Of a stretch of 64,000 bases of DNA, positions 44,533-54,909 are shown in pieces (within the stretch, counting starts at the first letter, position 1; every line of letters starts with the position of its first letter). The position numbers and the translations under genes were made by a program. The DNA lies in contig JAZRUW010000004.1 in the NCBI GenBank assembly GCA_045652745.1, positions 24,277 to 88,276 on the forward strand. The letters are read 5' to 3'. The stretch is from Clostridia bacterium (GTDB lineage: Bacteria > Bacillota > Clostridia > UBA1381 > UMGS1253). The notes under the pieces were generated by a model. The model worked only from the letters and a program-made list of their open reading frames with translations. It was not told the origin of the DNA and ran no database searches.

Positions 44533-45173
44533 TGTTTGCCCTCCTCTGCCTCGGCAAGTTTCTTTTCCAGCTTTTCTACGCGCATAAGCACTTTACAAAG
44601 TTCCATGCTGACAGGGTCCGGAATGTGAATCTGGTCAAGGTCCGCGCAAACACGCTGCCCTGCGCGCTTGACCATTCTGCCCGGCACACCCACGCAGGTA
44701 GAATTTTCTTCGACCTCGGATAAAACCACCGCATTTGCGGCAATCTTGGCATTGTCGCCCACTTTAAACGGGCCAAGCACCTTTGCGCCGGCACCAATCA
44801 TAACATTATTGCCGAGTGTCGGGTGTCTTTTACCGACATCCTTACCCGTACCGCCGAGCGTCACGCCCTGATAGATGGTACAGTTGTCGCCGATTTCTGC
44901 AGTTTCACCAATCACCACGCCAGCACCGTGGTCAATTAACAGTCCGCGGCCGATGGTTGCGCCCGGATGAATTTCAATCCCCGTCCAGAATTTACACGTC
45001 TGCGATACCCAACGCGCCGTAAATTTCATATGGTGTTTATAAAACCAATGCGCCACGCGGTGATACAAAAGCGCATGAAAGCCGGGATAAAGCAAAAAAA
45101 CTTCCAAGCCGTTTCTCGCCGCCGGATCGCGCTCCAGTATAGCTTTTATATCATATCGAATGTTTTTGAACAT
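44529..45173 (-). CDS. cysE: serine O-acetyltransferase
   Basis: SATase N-terminal domain (DIKAILERDPAA) plus hexapeptide repeats. AAAGGAGAA RBS precedes ATG 45171-45173. Overlaps cysS. Confidence 0.93.
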   Translation of the reverse strand: MFKNIRYDIKAILERDPAARNGLEVFLLYPGFHALLYHRVAHWFYKHHMKFTARWVSQTCKFWTGIEIHPGATIGRGLLIDHGAGVVIGETAEIGDNCTIYQGVTLGGTGKDVGKRHPTLGNNVMIGAGAKVLGPFKVGDNAKIAANAVVLSEVEENSTCVGVPGRMVKRAGQRVCADLDQIHIPDPVSMELCKVLMRVEKLEKKLAEAEEGKQ

Positions 45174-45357
45174 ACCATTCTCCTTTTCAAGGCACACTTA
45201 TACCTATGCCACATTATATTATATAATTTTTTTGCGCTTTCGTCAATATGCCAAATGCACATTCTTTTGCCTTTTTGTCCGAAAATTTTCTCAAAAATTT
45301 GCAATTCTTCCGTATACTTGGTATAATAAGGACACTACATTTTGCGGAGTGAGAACT

Positions 45358-45858
45358 ATGCACAAAAATATAATTTTAATCGGCATGCCCGGCAGCGGCA
45401 AATCTACGCTCGGCGTGGTGTTGGCAAAAGTGCTCGGCATGGGTTTTTCCGATATGGATTTATTGATACAACAACGCGGCGGTAAAAAGCTGCAAGACAT
45501 TTTAAACACAGACGGTTTGGATGCCTTTTTAAAAACGGAAGAGGAAACGATTTTGTCCGTTACGGGCGAAAATATGGTACTCGCCACGGGCGGCAGCGCG
45601 GTTCTAAGCGAAAAGGCCATGGTGCATTTAAAAAAGCTCGGCACCGTCGTCTACCTGAAAGTGCCCTACAAAATTCTTTTGCGCCGCATCCGCAACATGG
45701 CCACGCGCGGCATCGCGTGCCTGCCGGGACAAACGCTTCTGGATATTTATCAATACCGCACGCCGCTCTATGAAAAATACGCAGACATCACCGTAGAAAC
45801 CAAAAACAAAAGATTTGAACAAAGCGTAGACGAAATTATAAAATCCCTCGGTGCATAA
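45358..45858 (+). CDS. aroK: shikimate kinase
   Basis: IILIGMPGSGKSTLG P-loop, about 166 aa. Promoter is TTGCAA-17-TGgTATAAT at 45298-45326. Confidence 0.9.
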   Translation: MHKNIILIGMPGSGKSTLGVVLAKVLGMGFSDMDLLIQQRGGKKLQDILNTDGLDAFLKTEEETILSVTGENMVLATGGSAVLSEKAMVHLKKLGTVVYLKVPYKILLRRIRNMATRGIACLPGQTLLDIYQYRTPLYEKYADITVETKNKRFEQSVDEIIKSLGA

Positions 45859-45904
45859 AATCACACCTCCCTGTAAATACTACTGTTACAAGGAGGTGTT
45901 TTTT

Positions 45905-46054
45905 ATGGATAAAAAGCAAGCACAGAAAAAGGCAATGGACGTTGTAAACGCCTACTGCGACAAAAAGGACAAAAAATCCGACCCGAACGGCAGCTATACC
46001 GGTCAGCCGGAAAACCGAAATGAAGTGCCCGTCCAAGACGCAGACGATTTATAA
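45905..46054 (+). CDS. small hypothetical protein (49 aa)
   Basis: GGAGGTG RBS precedes ATG 45905. Sequence is MDKKQAQKKAMDVVNAYCDKKDKKSDPNGSYTGQPENRNEVPVQDADDL. No family assigned. Confidence 0.5.
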   Translation: MDKKQAQKKAMDVVNAYCDKKDKKSDPNGSYTGQPENRNEVPVQDADDL

Positions 46055-46061
46055 GATACGC

Positions 46062-46096
46062 AAAAAAATTACGGGCGACCCCTTCGGGCCGCCCGT
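46062..46096 (-). terminator. intrinsic terminator of the 46163-46795 gene
   Basis: Minus strand: ACGGGCGGCCC-gaag-GGGTCGCCCGT followed by AATTTTTTTG. Confidence 0.6.
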
Positions 46097-46162
46097 TCGT
46101 GTTGGGTGTAATCCGGGCGTTTTGTAGCCAAAAACTGCCCCGTCTAATCTGTTTTAAACTGT

Positions 46163-46795
46163 TCAATCCATAGTCGCACTGCCAAGCGGGATGATTTCCT
46201 TTTCCAACTTCTGTGCATTTGTGCTGCAATACATAATTTCAAGATCGCCATTCTCCAAAATTTTCACTGCTTCCAATGCCATACTCGGCACCGCAAATGG
46301 TGCAAAATCTCTGTGCACTTCCCGATAATATTTTTCCTTGTCAAAAATATCCTGTATGATTAAAACGGTTTTGTTTTTTTCGTCTAAGGACATATAAATA
46401 ACTTTTCCATCCTCGCAGACGAGCGAACGATTCCAAAAAGATTCTCCGGAAAACAGGTCTTTATTTATATCATAATATCTGTACAATTGTGCATTACTCC
46501 CATGGCTTGTCTGAATTTCCAGCAAGCCGCCCGGCAGTAACTCAATGCAAGGTTGTCTGCCAACCTCTTCTTTGCAAGCTACCCTGCCGTCCTTGGTATA
46601 AATGACATATTCGTACAACTGTGCTCCGGCAGTAGATTTATCGGTAATCTCAAAATATTTAGTTTCTTCAATGAGATTGTTTTGTTGATCTTTTTGTCGC
46701 TCTGCTACATTGTTTCTCCATCCGCATTCTGCACAAACCAGCAATGCACACAGCAAGCCTAAGATGAAAAATACCCGTCTTTTGAGCATCTTCAT
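46163..46795 (-). CDS. hypothetical secreted protein
   Basis: Signal peptide MKMLKRRVFFILGLLCALLVCAEC. Low-GC gene. No family recognised. Confidence 0.65.
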   Translation of the reverse strand: MKMLKRRVFFILGLLCALLVCAECGWRNNVAERQKDQQNNLIEETKYFEITDKSTAGAQLYEYVIYTKDGRVACKEEVGRQPCIELLPGGLLEIQTSHGSNAQLYRYYDINKDLFSGESFWNRSLVCEDGKVIYMSLDEKNKTVLIIQDIFDKEKYYREVHRDFAPFAVPSMALEAVKILENGDLEIMYCSTNAQKLEKEIIPLGSATMD

Positions 46796-46804
46796 GTCCC
46801 TTTC

Positions 46805-47044
46805 TTACTTGTATTTGTAAAACCTAAATGCATTTTTATCAATGTTGGGGCTAACATATACTTCTTGTAACTCCGAAAAATTCCACAATGGTTTGCTCCC
46901 AACGGGCGCCATACTTTGCGGACTATAAAACAATGTGCTGCCATGAGTAATATCGTACTCATAACCACAATACACATCCATTACTTGTTCAATAAGTTTT
47001 TCATATGTGTTGTTTGTATAATCTCTGTTATTCATATAATTCAT
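46805..47044 (-). CDS. C-terminal fragment of a SleB-type cell wall hydrolase (Hydrolase_2-like), probably a gene remnant
   Basis: THGSTLFYSPQSM...AFRFYKYK resembles the end of the Hydrolase_2 domain. The N-terminal half of the domain and a signal peptide are missing. Confidence 0.45.
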   Translation of the reverse strand: MNYMNNRDYTNNTYEKLIEQVMDVYCGYEYDITHGSTLFYSPQSMAPVGSKPLWNFSELQEVYVSPNIDKNAFRFYKYK

Positions 47045-47393
47045 AGCCTTGTTGTATTCATAAATGTACCGAGTCCATCACCCGGATAATAGTCTTTCGT
47101 AATTCCGTTAATGGTTATTGTTGCTTTTTTAGCGGAAGCATTCCACTTGATAGTTCCCCCGTGTGCAAGCACCGCATGTTGCGCTTGTACGTACTTCGAA
47201 CTACTCTTCTTTGCATCAGCTACTCTCTTTTGATATTCACGCTCGCCTTCTTTGTCGCCGAGCCTGCAACCTCGTCACCATCGAAAGCCGATAAATTAAG
47301 CTGTGTTCTTGTGCTTTCAGTATACCTCTTTTTGCTTTCTTTGTCCAGCGGAAATGTCGTGGACCAATTGATGTTTATAGTGTTATACATCAT
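47045..47393 (-). pseudogene. frame-disrupted upstream part of the same locus (stalk-like domain fragment)
   Basis: A 57-aa ORF (47220-47393, MMYNTININW...) stops. A different frame then continues ...SSSKYVQAQHAVLAHGGTIKWNASAKKATITINGITKDYYPGDG, which resembles a copper-amine-oxidase-N-like stalk motif. That frame ends in an ATGA overlap with 46805-47044. Confidence 0.35.
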
Positions 47394-47559
47394 TATTTTT
47401 TCCTTTTTAAATTTGTGTTCGTAGGGGCGATTCACGAATCGCCCGCGAATATCGCATAAATGCACGGCATGAGCAAGCCCCTGCCCTACGGTGTTGGGTT
47501 AAATTTGTGGGACAAAGTATCATCACATCAAAAAAGGAACGCATATGCGTTCCTTTTCA

Positions 47560-48477
47560 TCATTGAATTTCTTCGATATTATACGGTGTAATCTGGTACA
47601 CAAAATAGTTAAGCCAGTTAGCGTAAATCAAACTGGCATGCGAGCGCCAGCGCATCATCGGCGGCTTGGTCGGGTCGTCGTCCGGATAATAGTTTTTCGG
47701 AACATCAATCGGCAAACCCTTATCTACATCTCGCATATATTCTTTGTGGAGGGTATCTGCATCGTATTCGCTATGGCCGGTCACGAAAATCTGCTTGCCG
47801 GCCTTGGTAAATACGATATACACACCCGCCTCCGGCGATTCGGACAAAATCTCCAGTTCCGGTACTTTTTCAATATCTTCGCGCAAAACCGTCGTATGGC
47901 GCGAATGCGGCACATAAAACGAGGAGTCAAAACCGCGCATCAGTTTTGCCGTCGGGCGGTTCACGCCGTGCTCAAACACGCCGAACATTTTTTTGTCGAG
48001 CGGCTGCTTTTGGATTCCGTAATGGTAGTAAAGTCCCGCCTGCGCGCCCCAACAGATATGGAAGGTAGACGTTACATTGGTTTTCGACCACTCCATAATC
48101 TCACAAAGCTCTTCCCAGTAATCCACCTCTTCAAATGCCATGTTCTCTACCGGCGCGCCGGTGATAATCATACCGTCGAATTTGCGGTCGCGAATCTGGT
48201 CAAAGGTTTTATAAAATGTCAAAAGATGCTCCTGCGCCGTATGTGTGGAATGGTGCGTGCTCATGTGCACAAACTCCACGTCCACCTGCAAAGGCGAGTT
48301 ACTTAAATAACGCAAAATCTGCGTTTCGGTTACGACTTTCGTCGGCATCAGATTGACAAATACCAATTGCAACGGACGGATGTCCTGGTGCATGGCAACG
48401 GTCTCCGTCATTACAAATATGTTTTCACTTTCCAACTGAGCGACTGCCGGCAGCCCATCCTGAATCTTGATTGGCAT
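47560..48477 (-). CDS. metA: homoserine O-acyltransferase MetA
   Basis: [11 protein letters not shown]...NLMPTK...ITGAP...CWGAQA are MetA motifs. AAGGAGG RBS precedes ATG 48475-48477. Confidence 0.93.
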   Translation of the reverse strand: MPIKIQDGLPAVAQLESENIFVMTETVAMHQDIRPLQLVFVNLMPTKVVTETQILRYLSNSPLQVDVEFVHMSTHHSTHTAQEHLLTFYKTFDQIRDRKFDGMIITGAPVENMAFEEVDYWEELCEIMEWSKTNVTSTFHICWGAQAGLYYHYGIQKQPLDKKMFGVFEHGVNRPTAKLMRGFDSSFYVPHSRHTTVLREDIEKVPELEILSESPEAGVYIVFTKAGKQIFVTGHSEYDADTLHKEYMRDVDKGLPIDVPKNYYPDDDPTKPPMMRWRSHASLIYANWLNYFVYQITPYNIEEIQ

Positions 48478-48576
48478 AGCACCAAGACCTCCTTTTTTAT
48501 GGAATAAAAATAACAATACAGCCATCTTACCACAGACGCCTTTTTCTGTCAAGTCAAACACATTTCAGGCTTAAGC

Positions 48577-48608
48577 AAAATCCTGAGTCAATTTGACTCA
48601 GGATTTTC
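48577..48608. terminator. intrinsic terminator after htpG
   Basis: AAAATCCTGAGTCAA / TTGACTCAGGATTTT palindrome. Confidence 0.7.
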
Positions 48609-48611
48609 AGA

Positions 48612-50483
48612 TTACTGCATTAAGTCGCACATATCATTGGTAAATGCAACCGGGTCCTCCGGGGCGATACCTTCGATGAGCTGGGCGGCGGTGTAGAGCA
48701 CACCGGCAACCTTGGCAAGCTTGTCTTTGTCGGATGTAAACAATGCCTGCAGTTTTGCAAACACCGGATGGTTTACGTTGATTTCCAGTACGCGCTGTGC
48801 CTTGACCTTCTGGTCATTCGGCATCTGGCTGAGTACCTTTTCCATTTCAATGGAAATATCGCCGATGCTGGAAATGCACACCGGATGGCTCTTGAGGCGG
48901 GTAGTTGCTTTGACATCTTCCACTTTGCCGTCAAGCGCCGTCTTGATTTCGGCAAGCAAATCCTTATTTTCTTCGTTGGCCTTGCCGAGTTCTTCTTCGT
49001 TTTCGAGTTTTAAGTCCGCATCGGATACCGACTTAAACGGCTTTTCCTTGTAAGCGGTCATAATCTTCATAAGGAATTCGTCCACGTCTTCGGTCAGATA
49101 CAAAATCTCAAACCCGCGCTCACGCACTGCTTCCACCTGCGGCATTTTGTCAATCTTGTCTACGCTCTCACCCGATGCATAGTAGATACAATCCTGACCC
49201 TCGGCGAGTCGCTCGATGTACTCATCCAGGCTGACGAGTTTTTTCTCTTTGGAACTCGCAAACAAAATCAAATCCTGCAAAAATTCCTTTTCCATGCCGT
49301 AGTTGTCATAGATGCCGAATTTAATCGGACGGGCAAATGCGGTATAGAACTGCTCATATGCCTCACGGTCGTTTTTGAGCATCGACAAAAGTTCGGATTT
49401 AATCTTTTTCTTTAAGTTTGCGGCAATTGCCTTGAGCTGACGGTCATGCTGAAGCATTTCGCGGGAGATGTTTAATGACAAATCTGCCGAATCCACCAAG
49501 CCGCGTACAAAACCGAAGCAATCCGGCAAGAGGTCTTCGCACTTATCCATAATCAGTACGCCGTTGGAGTACAGTTCCAGACCCTTTTTAAATTCCTTGG
49601 TGTAGTAATCAAACGGTGCGTGCTTGGGAATAAACAACAGCGCCGTATAACTCACAAGGCCGTCTGCGCTTGTGTGCACAATCTTGGCCGGTGCATCAAA
49701 ATCAAAGAACTTGTCTTTGTAAAAGCCCTGATATTCCTCATCGGTAATTTCGCTTTTGCTCTTTTTCCAAAGCGGCACACGGCTGTTTAATACTTCCAGT
49801 TCCTTATAAGTTTCGTATTCGTCCTCGCTGCCTTCTTTTTTGCGCGACTTTTCCACTTCCATCTGAATCGGATGCTTGATGTAGTCAGAATACTTTTTTA
49901 CCAGACTGCGCAGCGTATAAGCTTCCAGATAACGGCTGTACTTTTCATCCTCGGTATCTTCTTTTAAAGACAGCGTAATCTGCGTGCCGCACTCCGCCTT
50001 TTCGCACGGCTTGATTTCATAGCCGTCCGCACCGGTGGACTGCCACATATAGGCTTGGTCACTGCCATACTTTTTCGTCACAACGCTTACGCAATCCGCC
50101 ACCATAAAGGCAGAATAAAAGCCGACACCGAACTGACCGATAATGTCCACATTTTCCTCAGCTTCATTTTCCTTTTTAAATGCAAGCGAGCCGCTCTTGG
50201 CAATCGTGCCGAGGTTTTCTTCGAGCTCCTTTTCATCCATACCGATACCGGTATCCGTGATGATTAAGAGCTTCTTTTCCTTGTCCGCATCAATGCGGAT
50301 ATAGAAATTCTCGCGGTTAAATTCAATATTTTCATCCTTTAAGGACAAATAATACAGCTTGTCAATCGCATCGTTTGCATTGGAAATCAATTCGCGCAGG
50401 AAAATTTCCTTGTGCGTATAAATCGAGTTAATCATCATATCCAAAAGCCGTTTCGACTCGGATTTGAACTGTTTTTTTGCCAT
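48612..50483 (-). CDS. htpG: molecular chaperone HtpG (Hsp90)
   Basis: [13 protein letters not shown]...GQFGVGFYS are GHKL ATPase motifs. ATG 50481-50483 lies 9 nt after GAGGAG. The 90-aa extension in the ORF track is rejected. Confidence 0.95.
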   Translation of the reverse strand: MAKKQFKSESKRLLDMMINSIYTHKEIFLRELISNANDAIDKLYYLSLKDENIEFNRENFYIRIDADKEKKLLIITDTGIGMDEKELEENLGTIAKSGSLAFKKENEAEENVDIIGQFGVGFYSAFMVADCVSVVTKKYGSDQAYMWQSTGADGYEIKPCEKAECGTQITLSLKEDTEDEKYSRYLEAYTLRSLVKKYSDYIKHPIQMEVEKSRKKEGSEDEYETYKELEVLNSRVPLWKKSKSEITDEEYQGFYKDKFFDFDAPAKIVHTSADGLVSYTALLFIPKHAPFDYYTKEFKKGLELYSNGVLIMDKCEDLLPDCFGFVRGLVDSADLSLNISREMLQHDRQLKAIAANLKKKIKSELLSMLKNDREAYEQFYTAFARPIKFGIYDNYGMEKEFLQDLILFASSKEKKLVSLDEYIERLAEGQDCIYYASGESVDKIDKMPQVEAVRERGFEILYLTEDVDEFLMKIMTAYKEKPFKSVSDADLKLENEEELGKANEENKDLLAEIKTALDGKVEDVKATTRLKSHPVCISSIGDISIEMEKVLSQMPNDQKVKAQRVLEINVNHPVFAKLQALFTSDKDKLAKVAGVLYTAAQLIEGIAPEDPVAFTNDMCDLMQ

Positions 50484-50503
50484 ACTTTTCATCTCCTCTG
50501 TTT

Positions 50504-50530
50504 TTAGCACTCTCGCACGCGGAGTGCTAA
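50504..50530. promoter_or_regulatory. CIRCE element (HrcA operator)
   Basis: TTAGCACTC-tcgcacgcg-GAGTGCTAA is a perfect match to the TTAGCACTC-N9-GAGTGCTAA consensus. It lies between the htpG promoter and RBS. Confidence 0.88.
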
Positions 50531-50535
50531 AAAGT

Positions 50536-50563
50536 ATTATACACCTTTTCGCAAAAAAGTCAA
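50536..50563 (-). promoter_or_regulatory. sigma-A promoter of htpG
   Basis: Minus strand: TTGACT (50558-50563), 16 nt, TATAAT (50536-50541). Confidence 0.55.
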
Positions 50564-50667
50564 CTGTTTGGAGAAATGTTAAAAATTTCTTAAAAAGTAA
50601 TTTTTCTGTTTTCTTTTGGACAAATTTATTGTATGATATATTGTAGAATGATTTTGGAGGAGAGATC

Positions 50668-51381
50668 TTGAAAAAGACGAGTCTGATACTTTTACTTTGC
50701 GCGGCGCTTGCGCTGTTCGGCTGTGCAAAGCCGCAGGAAGCACCGGTGAGCACACCGAAGACCGATATAGAAAAAGCACCCGACTACGGCAGTGTGTTTG
50801 CGCGCGCCGAAGCCGGTGATTTTTACAGCCGCACGGACGGCGAAAAAACCTATATTACTTGCCAAAACGGCCAAGCGGCAGACGAGGTCGCCGTTTTAGA
50901 CGGCAGTTGGCGGTTTTCGCTCTGCAAACCGACACAAAGCTATGATTTCCTGCTTTTTGACGGCTATAAAGAAACCGCGCATGGCTATCGTGGCAGTGTG
51001 TTTATGTATGTAAAAGAAACCAGCAACTTTGCGGCGCTCTTTGATGTGCCGACAAGCAACACCGTACTTCTGCCGTCAGAGGATGAAAATTATGCAGACT
51101 TGGCGTGGGTTCTGTTGCCGGACGAAAATACGCCGCGCCTTGTCCCCATAAACTTACGCGACGGCAGTACGGAAACGGGACAGATTGTATCGCTTGCCGA
51201 AACCGAATATGTCACCGAAGGCGAAAGCGTGCTCCCGACCTTAAAGGTTTCGGATGAAACACCCCTGCAAATCCGGATAGAGAATAAAACCTACGAAGGC
51301 AGTAGTGTTCTGTCCACCGTTTCGTATATCTATGATTTTGAAAAAAACAAGCTGACAAAACTTGTTGAGGAGGAAAAATAA
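50668..51381 (+). CDS. hypothetical lipoprotein
   Basis: Lipobox LALFGC after a signal peptide. TTG start 3 nt after GGAGGAGAG. Confidence 0.7.
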   Translation: MKKTSLILLLCAALALFGCAKPQEAPVSTPKTDIEKAPDYGSVFARAEAGDFYSRTDGEKTYITCQNGQAADEVAVLDGSWRFSLCKPTQSYDFLLFDGYKETAHGYRGSVFMYVKETSNFAALFDVPTSNTVLLPSEDENYADLAWVLLPDENTPRLVPINLRDGSTETGQIVSLAETEYVTEGESVLPTLKVSDETPLQIRIENKTYEGSSVLSTVSYIYDFEKNKLTKLVEEEK

Positions 51382-52026
51382 ATGCAACTGAACAAAACCA
51401 TTGACCATACCATTCTCAAGGCGGACGCAACCACCGCAGACGTACTGCGTCTGTGCGCAGAGGCAAAAGAGTACAACTTCGCCTCCGTTTGCGTAAATAC
51501 GTGCCACGCAAAAACCGTGGCCGAAGCACTTGCCGGCAGTGACGTAAAAACCTGCTGCGTTGTGGGCTTTCCGCTCGGCGCTATGACAAGTGCGGCAAAG
51601 GCCTTTGAGGCAAAAGAGGCTGTCGAAAACGGCGCACAGGAAATCGATATGGTCATCAACATCGGCGCGCTTAAAGAAGGCAACGATGCCTTTGTGGAAG
51701 CCGATATCCGCGCGGTAGTGGAAGCATCCAAACCGGCGATTGTCAAAGTCATTATCGAAACCTGCTATCTGACGGACGAAGAAAAAAAGCGTGCCTGCGC
51801 ACTCGGCGTGCAGGCAGGTGCAGCATTTGTAAAAACCTCCACGGGGTTTGGCACGGGCGGTGCGACGCCCGAAGACGTCGCTTTAATGAAAGATAGCGTA
51901 GACGGCAAGGCACTTGTCAAGGCATCGGGCGGCATCCGCACCAAAGCAGATGCACTCGCGATGATTGGCGCCGGCGCAGACCGCATCGGCGCAAGCGCGG
52001 GCATTCAAATTGTAACGGAAGAATAA
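51382..52026 (+). CDS. deoC: deoxyribose-phosphate aldolase
   Basis: [11 protein letters not shown]...VKVIIET...FVKTSTGF (Schiff-base Lys context). Confidence 0.93.
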   Translation: MQLNKTIDHTILKADATTADVLRLCAEAKEYNFASVCVNTCHAKTVAEALAGSDVKTCCVVGFPLGAMTSAAKAFEAKEAVENGAQEIDMVINIGALKEGNDAFVEADIRAVVEASKPAIVKVIIETCYLTDEEKKRACALGVQAGAAFVKTSTGFGTGGATPEDVALMKDSVDGKALVKASGGIRTKADALAMIGAGADRIGASAGIQIVTEE

Positions 52027-52040
52027 ACGGAGGGCTACAT

Positions 52041-52685
52041 ATGAAAACCAGAGTTTATGTTGTGCGCCACGGCGAAAGTCAGGGCAATGTAGAAGACAAA
52101 TTTAACGGACACATCAATTATGATTTAACCGTACGCGGCCATGCGCAGGCGGAATGTACAGCAAAGTTTTTAGACGATTATCCGATTGATGTAATTTATG
52201 CAAGCGATTTAAACCGCGCCTTTCACACTGCCGAGCATACGGCAAAGCACAAGGGGCTGGAGGTCATCCCAAGCAAGGCGCTTCGTGAAATCAACGGCGG
52301 CGCCTACGAGGGCATGCTGTATAAAAGCATCATTGACCACTATCCCAAAGAGTTTTATACATGGATAAACGATATCGGCAACAGTTATTGCCCCGGCGGC
52401 GAAAGCATCGCCGAGCTTGCCGAGCGCATCACCGCCGAGGTAAAACGCATCGTAGATGAAAACCGCGGCAAAAATATTTTAATTGCCACCCATGCTACAC
52501 CGGTGCGTGTACTCACCTGCAACTGGATGGGTATTCCGATTCGTGAAATGGGCAAAACGGATTGGGTCAATAACGCCTCGGTCTGCATCGTTGACTATGA
52601 CGAAAATGACAATACGGAAATCGTGGCTTACAACCTGCATGAACACATTGGTGAATTAAACACGTTCTTACCGAAGGACATATAA
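52041..52685 (+). CDS. histidine phosphatase family protein (phosphoglycerate mutase-like)
   Basis: VVRHGESQGN carries the RHG motif. Distal His is in ATHATP. Confidence 0.88.
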   Translation: MKTRVYVVRHGESQGNVEDKFNGHINYDLTVRGHAQAECTAKFLDDYPIDVIYASDLNRAFHTAEHTAKHKGLEVIPSKALREINGGAYEGMLYKSIIDHYPKEFYTWINDIGNSYCPGGESIAELAERITAEVKRIVDENRGKNILIATHATPVRVLTCNWMGIPIREMGKTDWVNNASVCIVDYDENDNTEIVAYNLHEHIGELNTFLPKDI

Positions 52686-52719
52686 AAACAGCGAGGAATG
52701 AAAGATTCCTCGCTGTTTT
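52685..52719. terminator. bidirectional intrinsic terminator
   Basis: ACAGCGAGGAAT-gaaag-ATTCCTCGCTGT flanked by AAAA and TTTT. Confidence 0.7.
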
Positions 52720-52722
52720 ACT

Positions 52723-54192
52723 TTACAGTATAATACAAATCAGACCGCCGCTGCCTTCGTTGATGATGCGTGACAGCGTTTCCTGCAATTTAATTTGCGC
52801 ATCGTCCGGCATACGGCCGAGTTTGGTGCGCAATCCTTCGTTTACAAGCTCGTGCAAAGACTTGCCGAAGATATTCGACTCCCAGATTTTCTTCGGGTCG
52901 GTATCAAATTCGCTGAGCAGATACGACACAAGCTCCTCGGATTGCTTTTCCGAGCCGACAATCGGACTAACCTCGGTTTCGATGTCGGCGCGAATCATAT
53001 GAATTGACGGTGCGCTTGCACGCAGTTTGACACCGAAGCGGTTGCCCTGACGCACAATTTCCGGCTCTTCTAAGGTGAGTTCATCAATCGTCGGCGTAAC
53101 AATGCCGTAGCCTTTTTGACTGACCTCCTGCATCGCGGCCGCAACACGGTCATAATTTCGCTTCGCCTCGGCCAAGGCGCAAACCGTCGAAATCAGCGCC
53201 GCTTCGCCCTCAATCTTAAGACCGGATAACTCGCCGAGCACCTCGTAAAGTAAATTTTCGGGCGTTGTGAGCGAAAGCACGGCGCTGCCATCGCCAAGCT
53301 CAATTTTACTTACATGCGCATCGCTGACAAAATCATAGTCTTCGAGCTTTTGCGCTGTTCCGGCTATGTCACCGACGAAACGAATATCCTGCGTTGTCGC
53401 AAGCGCGGCATCAAACATCTGCTTTTTGAGCGGATGCTCCGCATCCAGACCGTCGAGCCAGCGCGGTGTTTCAATTAAAATTTCACTGATAGGGAACCGA
53501 TAAAGTACCTGTTCCAAAATGCGCGCAATATCCGCCTTATCCAGTTGCGAACAGTTGACAGGCATCACCGTTTCCCCGTATTTCTCACTAAGAGATGCTG
53601 CAAGTGCAAGTGCCGCCGCAGAGGTCGGGTCGGCACAGTTTAATAGCACCGCAAATGGCTTTCCGATTTGCTGAAGCTCACGGATAACCCTTTCCTCAGC
53701 ATCAACGTAAGCCATGCGGTCCAACTCGGAAAAACTGGCATCCGTTGTCACCACCAAACCAATGGTCGCGTGCTCAAATATTACCTTTTGCGTGCCGATT
53801 TCCGCCGCACGGTCAAACGGAATTTCATAATCATACCACGGGGTCTGCACCATGCGTGCCTGCCCGTCCTCCGTATGTCCGGCCGCTCCGTCCACCATAT
53901 AGCCGACGCAGTCAATCATGCGCACGCGCATGCGCACACCATCTGGATTTGTAATCTCCACTGCCTCGTTCGGCACGAATTTCGGCTCCGTGGTCATAAT
54001 GGTTTTACCTGCCGCACTCTGCGGCAACTCGTCACGGGCACGCGCCGCCGCAAATGTATCGTCCATTTCCGGCAGTACCAACGTATCCATAAACTTTTTA
54101 ATGAGTGTCGATTTTCCCGTGCGCACGGGACCGACCACGCCGATGTAAATGTCGCCCTGCGTACGCTGTGCAATATCCTGATAAATGTTCAT
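52723..54192 (-). CDS. spoIVA: stage IV sporulation protein A
   Basis: MNIYQDIAQRTQGDIYIGVVGPVRTGKSTLIKKFM carries the Walker A motif. 489 aa. The C-terminus ends in GGLICIIL. Confidence 0.95.
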   Translation of the reverse strand: MNIYQDIAQRTQGDIYIGVVGPVRTGKSTLIKKFMDTLVLPEMDDTFAAARARDELPQSAAGKTIMTTEPKFVPNEAVEITNPDGVRMRVRMIDCVGYMVDGAAGHTEDGQARMVQTPWYDYEIPFDRAAEIGTQKVIFEHATIGLVVTTDASFSELDRMAYVDAEERVIRELQQIGKPFAVLLNCADPTSAAALALAASLSEKYGETVMPVNCSQLDKADIARILEQVLYRFPISEILIETPRWLDGLDAEHPLKKQMFDAALATTQDIRFVGDIAGTAQKLEDYDFVSDAHVSKIELGDGSAVLSLTTPENLLYEVLGELSGLKIEGEAALISTVCALAEAKRNYDRVAAAMQEVSQKGYGIVTPTIDELTLEEPEIVRQGNRFGVKLRASAPSIHMIRADIETEVSPIVGSEKQSEELVSYLLSEFDTDPKKIWESNIFGKSLHELVNEGLRTKLGRMPDDAQIKLQETLSRIINEGSGGLICIIL

Positions 54193-54320
54193 AACCCTCC
54201 GTACCTTTCCTTTCGCAAATCTAAGCGCCTTAAGCCGATGCGTTAGTATCTGCTTAAGCCCTGCGTTTGTACATATATATTTTGCCTGTCCTCGGATTAT
54301 GACTTTTTTCCTATCTCTAC

Positions 54321-54348
54321 AAAAAAAGAGTGCTCACGCACTCTTTTT
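54321..54348 (-). terminator. intrinsic terminator overlapping the pgsA stop
   Basis: AGAGTGC-gtga-GCACTCT followed by a T run on the minus strand. Confidence 0.6.
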
Positions 54349-54882
54349 AAGTTCTTTCTGATAGTTTATGTAAGCGGCGATGTAGGAAACAAACGCCATA
54401 TAATTTGCACCGACAATCGAAACGGCCACCCATAAGGCCTGCACTTCATTTAACGGAACCACACGCGGGAACAGCAAAATCAGCGTACAGGCAAAGCTGA
54501 CAAAGCACGCAATTTTACCAAACCAGTTCGCCTGCGTGATGATGCCGCTTTTGTAAAGCACCAGCGCACCGATGCCCAGCAAAAGTTCCTTGATGCCGAC
54601 CAAAATCACGACCCAAACCAGAGAGTAATGCGTATGAAATGCAAGGCAAATCAGCGCCGTCAGCTGCATTGCCTTATCCGCAATCGGGTCAAGTGCCTTG
54701 CCCAGATTTGTGACCATATTAAACTTTCGTGCAATAAACCCATCGAGCACATCCGTAATAAATGCAATAACCAAAACCGCCATTGCATAATACTGCGCAC
54801 CCTCCACCGGCATCATATACACCAGTAAAAATACGGGCATCAGACAAAGCCTGATACAGGTCAGTATATTTGGTATACTCAT
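54334..54882 (-). CDS. pgsA: CDP-diacylglycerol--glycerol-3-phosphate 3-phosphatidyltransferase
   Basis: CDP-alcohol phosphotransferase motif DVLDGFIARK...GKALDPIADK. Confidence 0.92.
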   Translation of the reverse strand: MSIPNILTCIRLCLMPVFLLVYMMPVEGAQYYAMAVLVIAFITDVLDGFIARKFNMVTNLGKALDPIADKAMQLTALICLAFHTHYSLVWVVILVGIKELLLGIGALVLYKSGIITQANWFGKIACFVSFACTLILLFPRVVPLNEVQALWVAVSIVGANYMAFVSYIAAYINYQKELKKSA

Positions 54883-54909
54883 ACCCTTTTCCTCCCCCGA
54901 TTTTAAACC

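Noticed and set aside
45174-45357. T-box leader upstream of cysE-cysS
   Set aside because: The region is only about 180 bp and holds two divergent promoters. I saw no specifier hairpin or T-box sequence (AAnnnGGGTGGnACCnCG).
46099-47499. Shared 9-mer GTGTTGGGT at both borders of the low-GC patch as an att or TSD
   Set aside because: A 9-nt match between two roughly 100-bp windows has a chance probability of a few percent. The left hairpin is simply the terminator of the 46163-46795 gene.
48478-48611. SAM riboswitch upstream of metA
   Set aside because: The spacer holds only the htpG terminator and a TTGACA-17-TAAGAT promoter. There is no S-box core.
50484-50753. 90-aa N-terminal extension of htpG in the ORF track
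   Set aside because: The extension reads through the CIRCE operator and the promoter. The canonical HtpG N-terminus starts at ATG 50483, which has a proper RBS.
54193-54333. Sigma-E promoter of spoIVA
   Set aside because: A sigma-E promoter is expected biologically. A TCATAA...ATATATATGT arrangement is present, but the match to the sigma-E consensus is too loose to call by eye.
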